Assembly: GCA_021821785.1 (NCBI GenBank)
Contig: JAKACD010000002.1
Span: 1,629-65,628, forward strand
Direction of reading: 5' to 3'
DNA: 64,000 nt
From: Thermoplasmata archaeon
GTDB taxonomy: Archaea > Thermoplasmatota > Thermoplasmata > Lutacidiplasmatales > UBA184
Numbering within the stretch: position 1 is the first letter of the stretch; every line of letters starts with the position of its first letter. Made by a program: the position numbers and the translations under genes. Shown here one piece after another: positions 19,673-29,456 of the stretch. The notes below the pieces were generated by a model. It saw only the letters and a program-made list of their open reading frames with translations. It did not search any database and was not told the DNA's origin.

Positions 19673-19773
19673 CGCTAGGAGGGCCGCGCGCAAAATGGTT
19701 CCGCAGAGCCTGGCCGCTCCGCCCCGTGCGAAGGTTATCAACCGGTTCTCTTTGCGGAGCGCGAGGGATTCGC

Positions 19774-21198
19774 GTGCCGGCAGGATCGACCCGCAAGAAG
19801 AGCCCGAGGAACGCCCGACCCGCCCCCCGACCCCGACCCGCCTCGCGGGGTCGCCGAGTCTACATGGTGACGGGCGGCGTCACAAAGTTCGCGAAAGCGC
19901 ATCCGGCCATGGACTTCCGCCTCATGGTGAAGCGCGCCTACGACTACGCGCTCAAGGGGATCCCCGGCTTGACGGCCGACCGCATCGACGGCAGCCGTAT
20001 TTCGTACTTCTCGGACCACTTCTCCCGCCAGCTCAAGGCGGCGAGCATGGTGCAGGACTACCTTGGGCTCAACCCGAAGGGATCGGTCCGCATCGAATGG
20101 GGCGGTGCGACGGGCGGCGAGTGCTTTCAGGCCGCGTACGAGGCCGTGGCGAGCGGACGGATGGACGTCTGCCTCGCGGCCGGCTACGAGACGATGAGCC
20201 GGGTCCCGACCTGGAAGGGGAACGAGTTCATCGCTCTCGCATCGGACACGAACTTCGACTTCCCGCTCGGCGGGTTCTATACCGGCTACTACGCCCTGAT
20301 GGTCGTCCGGCACATCTACGAGTACCTGCGGCAGCGCAAGTTCGCCCACATCAAGGATGAACGGGAGGCCCAGCGCCTCGCGATCGCCGAGGGCTCGCGG
20401 ATCATGAGCAAGGTCTCCGTGAAGAACCACCTGAACGCGCTCCACAATCCGTACGCGCAGTACCCGAAGCGCCTCACCGTGGACGATGTCCTTCGCTCGG
20501 AGATGATCAGCTACCCGATCACCCGCGAGCAGATCTGCACGATGAGCGATGGGGCGGCGGTCGCCGTCCTTTGCTCGGAGGAGCGGGCGAAGGAGTTCAC
20601 GGACAAGCCCGTCCGCATCATCGGGGTGGGCACGGGAACGGACACGATGCGGCTCGCCGACCGGCCGTTCGGCAAGGTGCCGTTGCTCCCCCACGAGCGG
20701 CCGCGCGACTACGAGGACCTCGAATACCCAGGGGTCCACTCCTTCCGGGCCGGGCGCGCCGCCGGGATCGAGGCGTACCGCATGGCGGGGATCACGCAAC
20801 CGGGGAAGGAGCTCGACTTCATCGAGCTGCACGACGCCTACGCGTCGAGCGAGATCCAGACGTACGAGGACCTCGGGGTGTGCAAGTATGGGGAAGGGTA
20901 CGACTTCGTCGAGCAGGGCGATCCGTTCCTCGAGGGGATCGACTACGGGTTCCCGACGCCCCGCGCGGGGACGATCCCGGTGAACCCCTCGGGCGGCCTC
21001 ATCGCCTGCGGCCACCCGGTCGGCGCGACCGGCCTCATGCAGGGGGTCTTCGCCTTCTGGCAGCTTCAGGGCACCATCCCGAAGCACTTCGGAGACCCGG
21101 CCCTCCAGCTCGACAACCCCAAACGCGGCGCGATCCACAGTCACGCCGGGACGGGTTCCAGCGTGACCGTTTCGATCCTGGAGCGGGGGTTCCGATGA
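19774..21198 (+). CDS. Thiolase-fold protein lacking the catalytic cysteines
   Basis: RVYMVTGGVTKF, ELHDAY, VNPSGGLIACGHPVGATG. The nucleophile motif reads IEWGGATGG instead of E-x-A-C-A-S-G. Confidence 0.88.
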   Translation: MPAGSTRKKSPRNARPAPRPRPASRGRRVYMVTGGVTKFAKAHPAMDFRLMVKRAYDYALKGIPGLTADRIDGSRISYFSDHFSRQLKAASMVQDYLGLNPKGSVRIEWGGATGGECFQAAYEAVASGRMDVCLAAGYETMSRVPTWKGNEFIALASDTNFDFPLGGFYTGYYALMVVRHIYEYLRQRKFAHIKDEREAQRLAIAEGSRIMSKVSVKNHLNALHNPYAQYPKRLTVDDVLRSEMISYPITREQICTMSDGAAVAVLCSEERAKEFTDKPVRIIGVGTGTDTMRLADRPFGKVPLLPHERPRDYEDLEYPGVHSFRAGRAAGIEAYRMAGITQPGKELDFIELHDAYASSEIQTYEDLGVCKYGEGYDFVEQGDPFLEGIDYGFPTPRAGTIPVNPSGGLIACGHPVGATGLMQGVFAFWQLQGTIPKHFGDPALQLDNPKRGAIHSHAGTGSSVTVSILERGFR

Positions 21199-21722
21199 GC
21201 GACCGACCCGCGACGTTCTCGAAGTTCCGGGACGTCCAGGCCGAGCTGGAGCGGAGCGGCGCGGCGATCTTCCGCGACGCGGACGGGGTCGAAAGCCTCG
21301 TCATCCGCTACCCGTACTCGATCTCGTACATCCACAGCTACGCGGAGGACTCCCCGTTCTTCCTCGGCCTCGCCGAGGGGCGGCTGAAAGGCTCGAAATG
21401 CCGCAAGCCGAAGTGCGGGTTCGTCTACGCGACGCCCCGGGGGCACTGCATGGTCTGCGGTGCGCCGACCGAATGGGTCGATCTGCCGAACCGCGGCCGG
21501 GTCCACTCGTGGACGACCTGCCACTTCGGCAGCGAGGCGTTCCTGAAGGAGACGCCGTACAACCTCGCGCTCGTCGAGTTCGACGGCGTCGGGAGCCTGC
21601 TCCTCGTCCGCCTGAAGGACTGCGTCGAGTCCGATGTCTACGTGGGGATGCCGGTCGAGGCCCGGTTCGACCCCAAGCCGAAGTACTCGGTCACCGACGT
21701 CTGGTTCGTGCCGAGCCGCTAA
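21195..21722 (+). CDS. DUF35 family Zn-ribbon/OB-fold protein
   Basis: LKGSKCRKPKCGFVYATPRGHCMVCG, GRVHSWT, PYNLALVEFD; ATGA-coupled to the thiolase-fold gene. Confidence 0.9.
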   Translation: MSDRPATFSKFRDVQAELERSGAAIFRDADGVESLVIRYPYSISYIHSYAEDSPFFLGLAEGRLKGSKCRKPKCGFVYATPRGHCMVCGAPTEWVDLPNRGRVHSWTTCHFGSEAFLKETPYNLALVEFDGVGSLLLVRLKDCVESDVYVGMPVEARFDPKPKYSVTDVWFVPSR

Positions 21723-22291
21723 CCGGGGCGGGGGGCCGGTTCGCCCTTCGGGGCAAGGCCGACGAGCGCGAGCACGTCGGCCTGGCCGCGTCCGATCTCC
21801 TCGGGCGAGATCGTATCGAGGTCGACGAACGCGAGTTCGGCCCAAGGCCCCTTCGGCGGCGGTCGGGCCGTGGGCCAACGGTACCGATAGACGAAATGAA
21901 GGTCCCAGTGCGGGCCGGTCGCCGGTGCGTTCGGCCGGACGTACGCCTCCGAATGGACCGAGAACCCTTCGCGGGGCGGGAGCGGGGCGCTGAGCTGCTC
22001 GCGCGCGATCCGCTCGGCCGACGTATCGGGGGACTCGAAGAACACTAGCTGGCTCGACGGGAGGAGCCACTGCGATCCGATCCGCTCCACGCGGCTCGGC
22101 TCGAGGGCGGCGATCTCGAACCAGGACGCGGTCGGGTCGAGCCGACCGAGGAGCACCTCGCGCTCCCGCCTGGGCGGGCGGATGACCAGATAGGTCGAGA
22201 GGCACATCCCGTCCTCCGGGACGACATAGTACCCGGGCCCCGGGGAGACCGAGCCCGGCCGAAGCCGGGTAAAACGACGGTCGGACGCCAT
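21719..22291 (-). CDS. NUDIX-like hypothetical protein
   Basis: WLLPSSQLVFFESPDTSAERIAREQL resembles a degenerate NUDIX box; HWDLHFVY. Confidence 0.55.
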   Translation of the reverse strand: MASDRRFTRLRPGSVSPGPGYYVVPEDGMCLSTYLVIRPPRREREVLLGRLDPTASWFEIAALEPSRVERIGSQWLLPSSQLVFFESPDTSAERIAREQLSAPLPPREGFSVHSEAYVRPNAPATGPHWDLHFVYRYRWPTARPPPKGPWAELAFVDLDTISPEEIGRGQADVLALVGLAPKGEPAPRPG

Positions 22292-22401
22292 CGTCTCCGG
22301 CAGACCCTTCGGGTCATGTAGCCTTTCCGCGCCCCGAACCCGTGAGGTGAAGCCGGCTTGACGCCGGCCATATCACCCCCGGTCCCCACGAATGGACCAG
22401 T

Positions 22402-22944
22402 ATGCAGGACTCGGAGTGGTTCGGTACCGTGGCGCTCGTGTTGGCGGTCGTGGTGGTCATCGGCGGAGGGTTCGCCATCGCGGCCGAAGGGGTACCGCCC
22501 GCGACGACGACCGTGGCGGTCTCGGTGAGCCACCTCAACCTCACGATCCAGATCAACGCGACGAACGGCATGCCCCAGTACACTCCGGCGAACTTCTCGG
22601 TCGCCCGGGGCGAGATCATCGTCACGATCGTCGATCAGGACGCTCCGGCGGCCTGGCCCGGGTGCGCCTGCAACGTGACCGGTACGCAGGGGAACGTCGA
22701 GTCGATCAACGGGAGCGCCCCGACCTCCCAGGTCAGCTGGACGACCGTCGCGCACACGTTCACGGTCCCGTCGCTCCACATCAACGTGCTCAGCCCCGCG
22801 CAGTCCACGGTGACGTTCACGCTCTGGCTGAACCAGACCGGTCAGTTCCCCTGGATGTGCATGGACCCGTGCGGGTCGAACGGCTACACCGGGGCCCCGA
22901 TGGGCGTGCCCGGCTACATGGCCGGCACGATGACGGTCTTCTGA
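22402..22944 (+). CDS. Membrane-anchored extracellular cupredoxin-like protein
   Basis: N-terminal TM helix, AHTFT, then C-terminal loop GQFPWMCMDPCG...PMGVPGYMAGTMTV. Confidence 0.75.
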   Translation: MQDSEWFGTVALVLAVVVVIGGGFAIAAEGVPPATTTVAVSVSHLNLTIQINATNGMPQYTPANFSVARGEIIVTIVDQDAPAAWPGCACNVTGTQGNVESINGSAPTSQVSWTTVAHTFTVPSLHINVLSPAQSTVTFTLWLNQTGQFPWMCMDPCGSNGYTGAPMGVPGYMAGTMTVF

Positions 22945-22959
22945 GACGGGGGTCGGGCA

Positions 22960-22985
22960 GGTCCCGCTCCCGGGGGGGCGGGACC
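22960..22985. terminator. GC-rich hairpin between the convergent cupredoxin gene and tRNA-Phe
   Basis: GGTCCCGC ... GCGGGACC perfect 8-bp inverted repeat extended by T.G and C-G pairs. Confidence 0.4.
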
Positions 22986-22993
22986 GGTCAGAA

Positions 22994-23067
22994 TGCCGCG
23001 GGCCGGGCTTGAACCGGCGGCTTCAAGATCTTCAGTCTTGCACTCTCCCAAACTGAGTTACCGCGGC
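22994..23067 (-). tRNA. tRNA-Phe (GAA), intronless, CCA not encoded
   Basis: GCCGCGG acceptor, D arm TAACTCAGTTTGGGAGAGT, anticodon arm CAAGA-CTGAAGA-TCTTG, T loop GGTTCAAGCC; TTTATA box about 26-31 nt upstream (23093-23098). Confidence 0.97.
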
Positions 23068-23263
23068 GCCGCCGACCCCGACCGCGGGCGATGTATAAAG
23101 AGTGGGGGGACCGGGCGAGGTCGCGCGGGTCGCGCCGTCCCACCGCGACGGTGAGTCTCCCTCCCGGCCCCCGTTCCGAACGCGCGCGCTCACGTTCGAG
23201 CGGGCGATGGGCGACCGCCGGTCCCGTCAGTTTATCTACCGCGCTCCGCCTTGGACGGGGGCT

Positions 23264-25741
23264 GTGACGCGTTCGCTCGTCATCACGGAGAAGTTCAACA
23301 CGGCCCTCCGCATCGCGGTCGTCCTGTCCGACGGACGGATGAAGCGCTCCCGGATCGAAGGGACCCCCGTCTTCGAGTTCGATCGTCCGGAGGGACCGTT
23401 CGCGGTCGTGGGGCTGCGCGGCCACATCGTCGAGCTCGACTACCCCAGCGAGCTCGCGGAGTGGTCGCTCGAGAGCCTCGGCACGCTCGTCGAGACCGTG
23501 CCCCACAAGCGCGTGACCGAGAAGGGGATCGTCACCACCCTTCAGCACATCGTCCGCAACTACGACCGCGTGATCATCGCGACCGACTTCGACCGGGAAG
23601 GGGAGCTCATCGGACTCGAGTGCCTCGAGCTCCTGCAGAAGGTCCACCCGACCATCGAGGTCGCGCGAGCGCGGTACAGCGCGCTCACCCGCGACGCGAT
23701 CGAGCAGAGCTTCTCCCACCTCGAGCAGCTCGACCGGGCGCTCGCGGAGGCGGCCGAGGCCCGGCAGGAGATCGACCTCGTCTGGGGCGCCCTCCTCACC
23801 CGCTACCTTTCCCTCACCGCCGGCCAGCGCGGACGCAGCTTCCTCTCGGCCGGCCGCGTCCAGACGCCCACGCTCGCGCTCCTGGTCGAGCGGGACCAGG
23901 CGATCAAGGAGTTCACCCCGACCCCCTTCTGGGAGCTCGTCGCGACGGGCGAGAAGGCCGGAGAGACGTTCCGCTTGGCGCACGCGCACGGCATCTGGGA
24001 GAAGAAGGAGGACGCGGAGCGCATCTACGAGCGCGTCCGCGCGGCGACCGCCGGGGTCGTCCGGGAGTTCGCCGAGGAGGAGACCCGTCGACGGCCGCCG
24101 GTGCCGTTCTCCACGACGCTCTTCGTCGCGGAAGCGACCCGACTCGGTCTCGGCGCCGCGACCGTCATGCGGATCGCGGAGGATCTCTACACGCAGGGGC
24201 TCATCAGCTACCCGCGCACGGACAACACCGTGTACCCGCGGGGCCTCGGTCTCCGCGCGCTCGTCGAGAAGTTCCGGGAGGGCCCGTTCGCCGAGGCGGC
24301 CGAGTTCGTCCTCGCCCAGCCGTCGTTCCGTCCGACCCGGGGTCGCACGGAGACGACCGACCATCCCCCGATCTACCCGACGGGCGCGGTCGATCCGAAG
24401 AAGCTCCGACCGGACCACGCCCGGCTCTACGAGCTCGTCGTGCGGCGGTTCCTCGCCACGCTGTCCCCCGAGGCGATCGGCTGGTCGCGCACCGCGGCGG
24501 TGGAGGTCAACGGGGAGCGGTTCGAGGGGAAGGGCCATCGCGTCACCGACCCCGGTTGGTACCGCGTCTATCCGTACTCCCAGCCGGAGGACGTGCCGAT
24601 GCCGGTGCTCAGCGTGGGAGAGACCGTGCGGATCCAGGAGGTCCGCCTCGCCGAGGACCAGACCCGCCCGCCGCGCCGGTTCACCCAGGGCTCGCTCATT
24701 CAGGAGATGGAGCGGCTCGGGCTCGGGACGAAGAGCACGCGGCACGACGTCCTGCAGAAGCTGTTCGACCGGCACTACGTGGTCCAGCGCCAGCTCGAGC
24801 CGACCTCCACGGGGATCGCGGTCACGGAGGCGCTGCGCGCCCACGCCCCGCTGATCACCCGGCCCGAGATGACCCACCGGCTCGAGGAGGACATGGAGCT
24901 CGTCGCCGAGTCGAAAAAGCCGAAGACGGAGGTGCTCGCCGAGTCGCGCGAGATGCTCCGCGAGGCCCACCAGCTCCTCACGGCGAACGCAGTCGGGGTG
25001 AAGGAGACCCTCACGGGCGCGCTCGACAAGCAGCACTTCGTCGGTCCGTGCGTGAAGTGCGGCGGCGCGCTCCGGCTCGCGCGGAGCCCGCGCGGGGCCC
25101 GCTGGGTACAGTGCGTGAACAATCCGGTCTCCTGCACGGCGACGTACTCGCTGCCGTCGGCCGGCTTCATCGAACCGGCCCCCGAGTTCCTCTGCGCCAC
25201 GTGCAAGGTCCCTCGGGTCAAGATCACGTTCCGAGGCCAGCGGCCCGACCTCTACTGCATCAACCCGGACTGCCCCGAGCACCACAAGGCGTTCCGCATC
25301 GGCGTCTGTCCGAGCTGCGGCAGCCCGCTCCACATCCGCTACTCGTTCGCCGGGAAGCGGTTCGTCGGCTGCTCCGGGTACCCGACCTGCCGGGTCACCT
25401 ATCCGCTCCCCCAGCGGGGGAAGCTCGAGAAGGACCAGCCGCCGTGCCCGGTCTGCCGCGCGCCGGTCGTGACGGCGATCGAGGCCGGACGCCCGCCCTG
25501 GACGCTCTGCATCAATCCCGCCTGCCCGACCCGGGTGAAAGAGCCGCCCGCGGCCGGTGCGGCGCCGAAGGTGAAGGCCGGACGGAAGGCCCCCGCGAAG
25601 CGGCCCGCCCGCTCTCGGTCGACAACGCCACCCTCGGAGGGCGGCCAACCGGCGGCGACGCGCCCGACGCGACGGAAGAAGAAGGAAGCGGGGACGTCCG
25701 CCCCTTCCCCGCCGGCAGGGACCGCCCCCACCTCCCCCTAG
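23264..25741 (+). CDS. topA: DNA topoisomerase IA with four C-terminal Zn ribbons and a basic tail
   Basis: LVITEK, IIATDFDREGELIG, SAGRVQTPTL, LISYPRTD, GLGTKSTR; GTG at 23264 follows TTTATC at 23231. Confidence 0.95.
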   Translation: MTRSLVITEKFNTALRIAVVLSDGRMKRSRIEGTPVFEFDRPEGPFAVVGLRGHIVELDYPSELAEWSLESLGTLVETVPHKRVTEKGIVTTLQHIVRNYDRVIIATDFDREGELIGLECLELLQKVHPTIEVARARYSALTRDAIEQSFSHLEQLDRALAEAAEARQEIDLVWGALLTRYLSLTAGQRGRSFLSAGRVQTPTLALLVERDQAIKEFTPTPFWELVATGEKAGETFRLAHAHGIWEKKEDAERIYERVRAATAGVVREFAEEETRRRPPVPFSTTLFVAEATRLGLGAATVMRIAEDLYTQGLISYPRTDNTVYPRGLGLRALVEKFREGPFAEAAEFVLAQPSFRPTRGRTETTDHPPIYPTGAVDPKKLRPDHARLYELVVRRFLATLSPEAIGWSRTAAVEVNGERFEGKGHRVTDPGWYRVYPYSQPEDVPMPVLSVGETVRIQEVRLAEDQTRPPRRFTQGSLIQEMERLGLGTKSTRHDVLQKLFDRHYVVQRQLEPTSTGIAVTEALRAHAPLITRPEMTHRLEEDMELVAESKKPKTEVLAESREMLREAHQLLTANAVGVKETLTGALDKQHFVGPCVKCGGALRLARSPRGARWVQCVNNPVSCTATYSLPSAGFIEPAPEFLCATCKVPRVKITFRGQRPDLYCINPDCPEHHKAFRIGVCPSCGSPLHIRYSFAGKRFVGCSGYPTCRVTYPLPQRGKLEKDQPPCPVCRAPVVTAIEAGRPPWTLCINPACPTRVKEPPAAGAAPKVKAGRKAPAKRPARSRSTTPPSEGGQPAATRPTRRKKKEAGTSAPSPPAGTAPTSP

Positions 25742-25867
25742 CGTTCCCGTCGCGGGAGCGAGCGGGAGAGGGAGCTCGCCCAAGAGGCGGGCCCGTCCCG
25801 CTCCGGGGGCGAGCGTTTCCCGGCCCCCCGGCCCGCGTTAAATACCCACGGCCGGTGTTTTCGCCTC

Positions 25868-26593
25868 ATGCCTCCCTCCGCCCGCCACCTGTACACGCTC
25901 GATTCCCGCTCCTTTGAGCGCCGGCTCGCCACCAACCCGCTCGTGATCCTTCCGATCGGAGCGCTCGAGGCGCACGGGCCGCACCTCCCGCTCGGGGCCG
26001 ACCAGATCCAGGCCGAAGCCACGGCGTTGGCGCTCGCGGACCGGGTCGACGGGCTCGTCGCGCCCACGGTCGCGTACGGCTCGGCGCCCGGCGCGCGGCG
26101 GTTCCCGGGGACCGTCTCGCTCTCCATGGCCGAGCTCGAGACGCACGTCGCGGGCATCCTCGGCGAGCTCGCCCGCTCGGGCGTCCGCCGGATCCTGGTC
26201 CTTTCGGGCCACGCCGAGCGCGGGCACATGGCCGCCCTTCGCGAGGCCGCGGACGTCGCGATGCGCGCGCACCCGGGCTCCCGGATCGTGGTCCTCTCCG
26301 ACTACGATTTCGTCTACGAGCTCCGGGGGAAGGAGTCGCCTCCGACCGACGGCCACGCCGGCCTGCTCGAGACCTCCCGCGTACTCGCGCTCGCCCCCGA
26401 GACCGTCGGCTCCGAGCGCCCGGTCGGGGCGTACCGCGCGAGCCCCTTCGTGCCCGGGACGCCGAGCCCGGCCGAGTGGCCCGAGAGCGTCATGGGCGAC
26501 ACGCGGGCCGCCTCCCGCGAGCTCGGGGAACGCATCCAGGCCCACGTCCTCGCGCGGCTGACCGAGACCGTCCGCGAGCTGCTCCCCGCGTAA
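25868..26593 (+). CDS. Creatininase family amidohydrolase (ArfB/MftE-like)
   Basis: LPIGALEAHGPHLPLGAD, SGH, DGHAGLLETS. Confidence 0.9.
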   Translation: MPPSARHLYTLDSRSFERRLATNPLVILPIGALEAHGPHLPLGADQIQAEATALALADRVDGLVAPTVAYGSAPGARRFPGTVSLSMAELETHVAGILGELARSGVRRILVLSGHAERGHMAALREAADVAMRAHPGSRIVVLSDYDFVYELRGKESPPTDGHAGLLETSRVLALAPETVGSERPVGAYRASPFVPGTPSPAEWPESVMGDTRAASRELGERIQAHVLARLTETVRELLPA

Positions 26594-26609
26594 GGAGGAC
26601 CCCGCGACC

Positions 26610-29456
26610 ATGCCCGTACCGTCGGAGGTCATCCGCATCCGCGGTGCCCGTCAGCACAACCTCAAGAACGTCTCGCTCGAGCTGCCCCGGGGCAAGTTCA
26701 TCGTCATCACCGGGGTGAGCGGGTCGGGCAAGTCGTCCCTCGCGTTCGATACGCTGTACGCGGAGGGGCAGCGGCGGTACATCGAGAGCCTCTCCTCCTA
26801 CGCTCGCCAGTTCCTTGGGCAGCTCGACAAGCCCGATGTCGATGCGATCGAGGGGCTCTCGCCGTCGATCGCGATCGAGCAGCGCTCGGGCAGCCGGAAC
26901 CCCCGCTCGACCGTCGGGACCGTGACGGAGATCTACGATTTCCTCCGCCTCCTCTTCGCCCGCATCGGGGTGGCGCACTGCCCCAAGGACGGGGCGGAGA
27001 TCGCCCCCCAATCGATCGACCGGATTGCCGAGGCGATCGCCTCGCGCGCGCACGGCGAGAAGGTCGACCTCCTCGCCGCGGTCGTCCGCGGGAAGAAGGG
27101 CGAGCACCGGGACGTCCTGGACCGGCTGCGGAAGGCCGGCTATCGTCGGTTCGTCCTCGACGGGGTGGAGGTCCGGTTGCCGGGCGCCGAGGTCCGCCTC
27201 GAGAAGAACAAGAAGCACACGATCGAGGTCGTCGTCGACAGCTTCGAGGTCGTCGAGGCCGAGACGAGCCGGCTCGCGGAATCGCTCGCCCTCGCCCGGG
27301 AGCTGGGGGAGGGATTGGTCGTCGTGCGCCGGCCGGGGAACGTGCGCGAGACGTTCTCGAGCCGCCGGGCGTGTCCGAACTGCGGCTTCTCGATCGAGGA
27401 GCTGACGCCCCGGATGTTCAGCTTCAACAACCCGATGGGCGCCTGTACCGAGTGCCTCGGGATCGGGGCGACCCTGCACGCCGAGCCGGACCGGATCATC
27501 CCGGACAAGGACAAGCCGCTCGGGAAGGCAATCGTCGTCTGGGGCCTCACTCCGAGCGCGGGATCGATCGCCCGCTTCGGCAAGGCGTTCGGCTACGACC
27601 CGCGCCGTCCGGTGCGCGAGCTCTCGGCCGACGGGTGGAAGGCGATGATGTTCGGGTCGACCCGCGAGGTCGGCGGCTCCGTCGGCGGACCGTCCGAGTG
27701 GTGGTGGGGGACCGGCTGGCTGCGGGAGGGCCTCGTCAACGCGGTCGAGCGCCGATGGAAAGCGACGAAGAGCGAAGGGGCGAAGGAGTACTACCTCGGG
27801 TTCCTGTCGTTCGTCCCGTGCCACGCCTGCCAGGGCCGTCGCCTGAAGCCGGAGAGCCTCGCCGTGACGGTCGAGGGCCGGTCGATCGCCGACGTGGCCG
27901 CCATGACCGTCACGGACGCGGCGGCGTTCTTCCGCGCGCTCACGCTCCTCCCCCGGGACGAGCAGATCGTCGGCCAGGTGGTCAAGGAGATCCGGGCGCG
28001 CATCGGATTCCTCGAGAACGTCGGCTTGACCTACCTCACGCTGGACCGGGGCTCGGGCACCCTGTCAGGGGGAGAATCGGAACGGATCGCCCTCGCGACC
28101 CAGATCGGCAGCGGGCTCGTCGGCGTCCTCTACATCCTGGACGAGCCGTCGATCGGCCTGCATTCGCGGGACCACGCGCGGCTTCTCGCGACCCTGAAGA
28201 CGCTGCGCGACGTCGGCAACACCCTGCTCGTGGTGGAGCACGACGAGATGACGATGCGCGAGTCCGACTGGCTCGTGGACCTCGGGCCCGGTGCGGGGGT
28301 CCACGGCGGAGAGATCCTCTACTCGGGCCCTCCCGACCGCATCGCCGGGACCCCGCGCTCCCTGACCGCGGAGTATCTTTCGGGCCGTCGGACGATCCCG
28401 GTCCCGGAGCAGCGGGCCGCCCCCGGGCAGCGCTCGCTCGTGATCCACGCGCCGCGGGAGCGCAACCTGAAGGGCGACGACATCCGCATCCCGCTCGGCC
28501 TGTTCGTCGCGCTCTCGGGCGTGTCGGGGAGCGGCAAGTCGACGGTCCTCGAGGAGATCCTGTACAAGGCGGTCCAGCGCCATCTCGGCGTCGGGCGCGC
28601 GACCCCGGGGAAGCACGATTACATCGACGGGATCGACCAGGTCGACCGGGCGCTCTTCATCGACCAGTCGCCGATCGGACGGACGCCCCGGTCGAACCCG
28701 GCCACCTACACGGGGATCATGACCCCCGTCCGCGAGCTGTTCGCAAGCCTCCCCGAGGCGAAGGCGCGGGGCTTCGCGCCCGGCCGCTTCAGCTTCAACG
28801 TCGCCGGGGGCCGGTGCGAGGCGTGCGAGGGGGACGGGGTCCTCCGCTACGAGATGCATTTCCTCCCCGACGTCTACGTGACGTGCGAGGAGTGCCGCGG
28901 CCGCCGCTTCAACGCCGAGACGCTCGAGGTCACGTTCAAGGGAAAGACGATCGCGGACGTCCTCGACATGACGGTCGAGGAGGCGCTCGCCTTCTTCGCG
29001 AACCAGCGCCGCATCGCGACCCGGCTCGCGCTCCTGCGCGACGTGGGGCTCGGCTACATCCGGCTCGGCCAGAGCGCGACGACGCTCTCGGGCGGAGAGG
29101 CCCAGCGGATCAAGATCGCCTTCGAGCTCGCGAAGCCCCCGACGGGCCGGACCCTCTACCTCCTCGACGAGCCGACCACCGGACTCCATTTCGCCGACGT
29201 CGACCGGCTCCTCCAGGTGCTGTTCCGGCTCCGGTCGGGGGGCAACACCGTCGTCGTGATCGAGCACAACCTCGACGTCCTGAAGTCGGTCGACTGGCTC
29301 ATCGACCTCGGGCCCGAAGGGGGCGACGCGGGCGGCCATGTGATCGCCCAGGGGACGCCGGAGGAGGTCGCCCGAATCCCCGCGTCGTACACGGGGCGCT
29401 TCCTCGCGCCGTTCGTGCGCCGGCCGATGCCGATCGCCCGGCGTGCCCGGTCATGA
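26610..29456 (+). CDS. uvrA: Excinuclease ABC subunit A
   Basis: Two ABC ATPase domains (GVSGSGKSS, LSGGE twice), Zn fingers, QSPIGRTPRSNPATY. Confidence 0.97.
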   Translation: MPVPSEVIRIRGARQHNLKNVSLELPRGKFIVITGVSGSGKSSLAFDTLYAEGQRRYIESLSSYARQFLGQLDKPDVDAIEGLSPSIAIEQRSGSRNPRSTVGTVTEIYDFLRLLFARIGVAHCPKDGAEIAPQSIDRIAEAIASRAHGEKVDLLAAVVRGKKGEHRDVLDRLRKAGYRRFVLDGVEVRLPGAEVRLEKNKKHTIEVVVDSFEVVEAETSRLAESLALARELGEGLVVVRRPGNVRETFSSRRACPNCGFSIEELTPRMFSFNNPMGACTECLGIGATLHAEPDRIIPDKDKPLGKAIVVWGLTPSAGSIARFGKAFGYDPRRPVRELSADGWKAMMFGSTREVGGSVGGPSEWWWGTGWLREGLVNAVERRWKATKSEGAKEYYLGFLSFVPCHACQGRRLKPESLAVTVEGRSIADVAAMTVTDAAAFFRALTLLPRDEQIVGQVVKEIRARIGFLENVGLTYLTLDRGSGTLSGGESERIALATQIGSGLVGVLYILDEPSIGLHSRDHARLLATLKTLRDVGNTLLVVEHDEMTMRESDWLVDLGPGAGVHGGEILYSGPPDRIAGTPRSLTAEYLSGRRTIPVPEQRAAPGQRSLVIHAPRERNLKGDDIRIPLGLFVALSGVSGSGKSTVLEEILYKAVQRHLGVGRATPGKHDYIDGIDQVDRALFIDQSPIGRTPRSNPATYTGIMTPVRELFASLPEAKARGFAPGRFSFNVAGGRCEACEGDGVLRYEMHFLPDVYVTCEECRGRRFNAETLEVTFKGKTIADVLDMTVEEALAFFANQRRIATRLALLRDVGLGYIRLGQSATTLSGGEAQRIKIAFELAKPPTGRTLYLLDEPTTGLHFADVDRLLQVLFRLRSGGNTVVVIEHNLDVLKSVDWLIDLGPEGGDAGGHVIAQGTPEEVARIPASYTGRFLAPFVRRPMPIARRARS

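Noticed and set aside
22988-29339. Very long alternative-frame ORFs (for example 22988..25783 minus, 23251..25917 plus, upstream part of 27371..31210)
   Set aside because: Arg/Pro/Gly-rich shadow frames of real genes, expected in GC-rich DNA where stops are rare; no family motifs.
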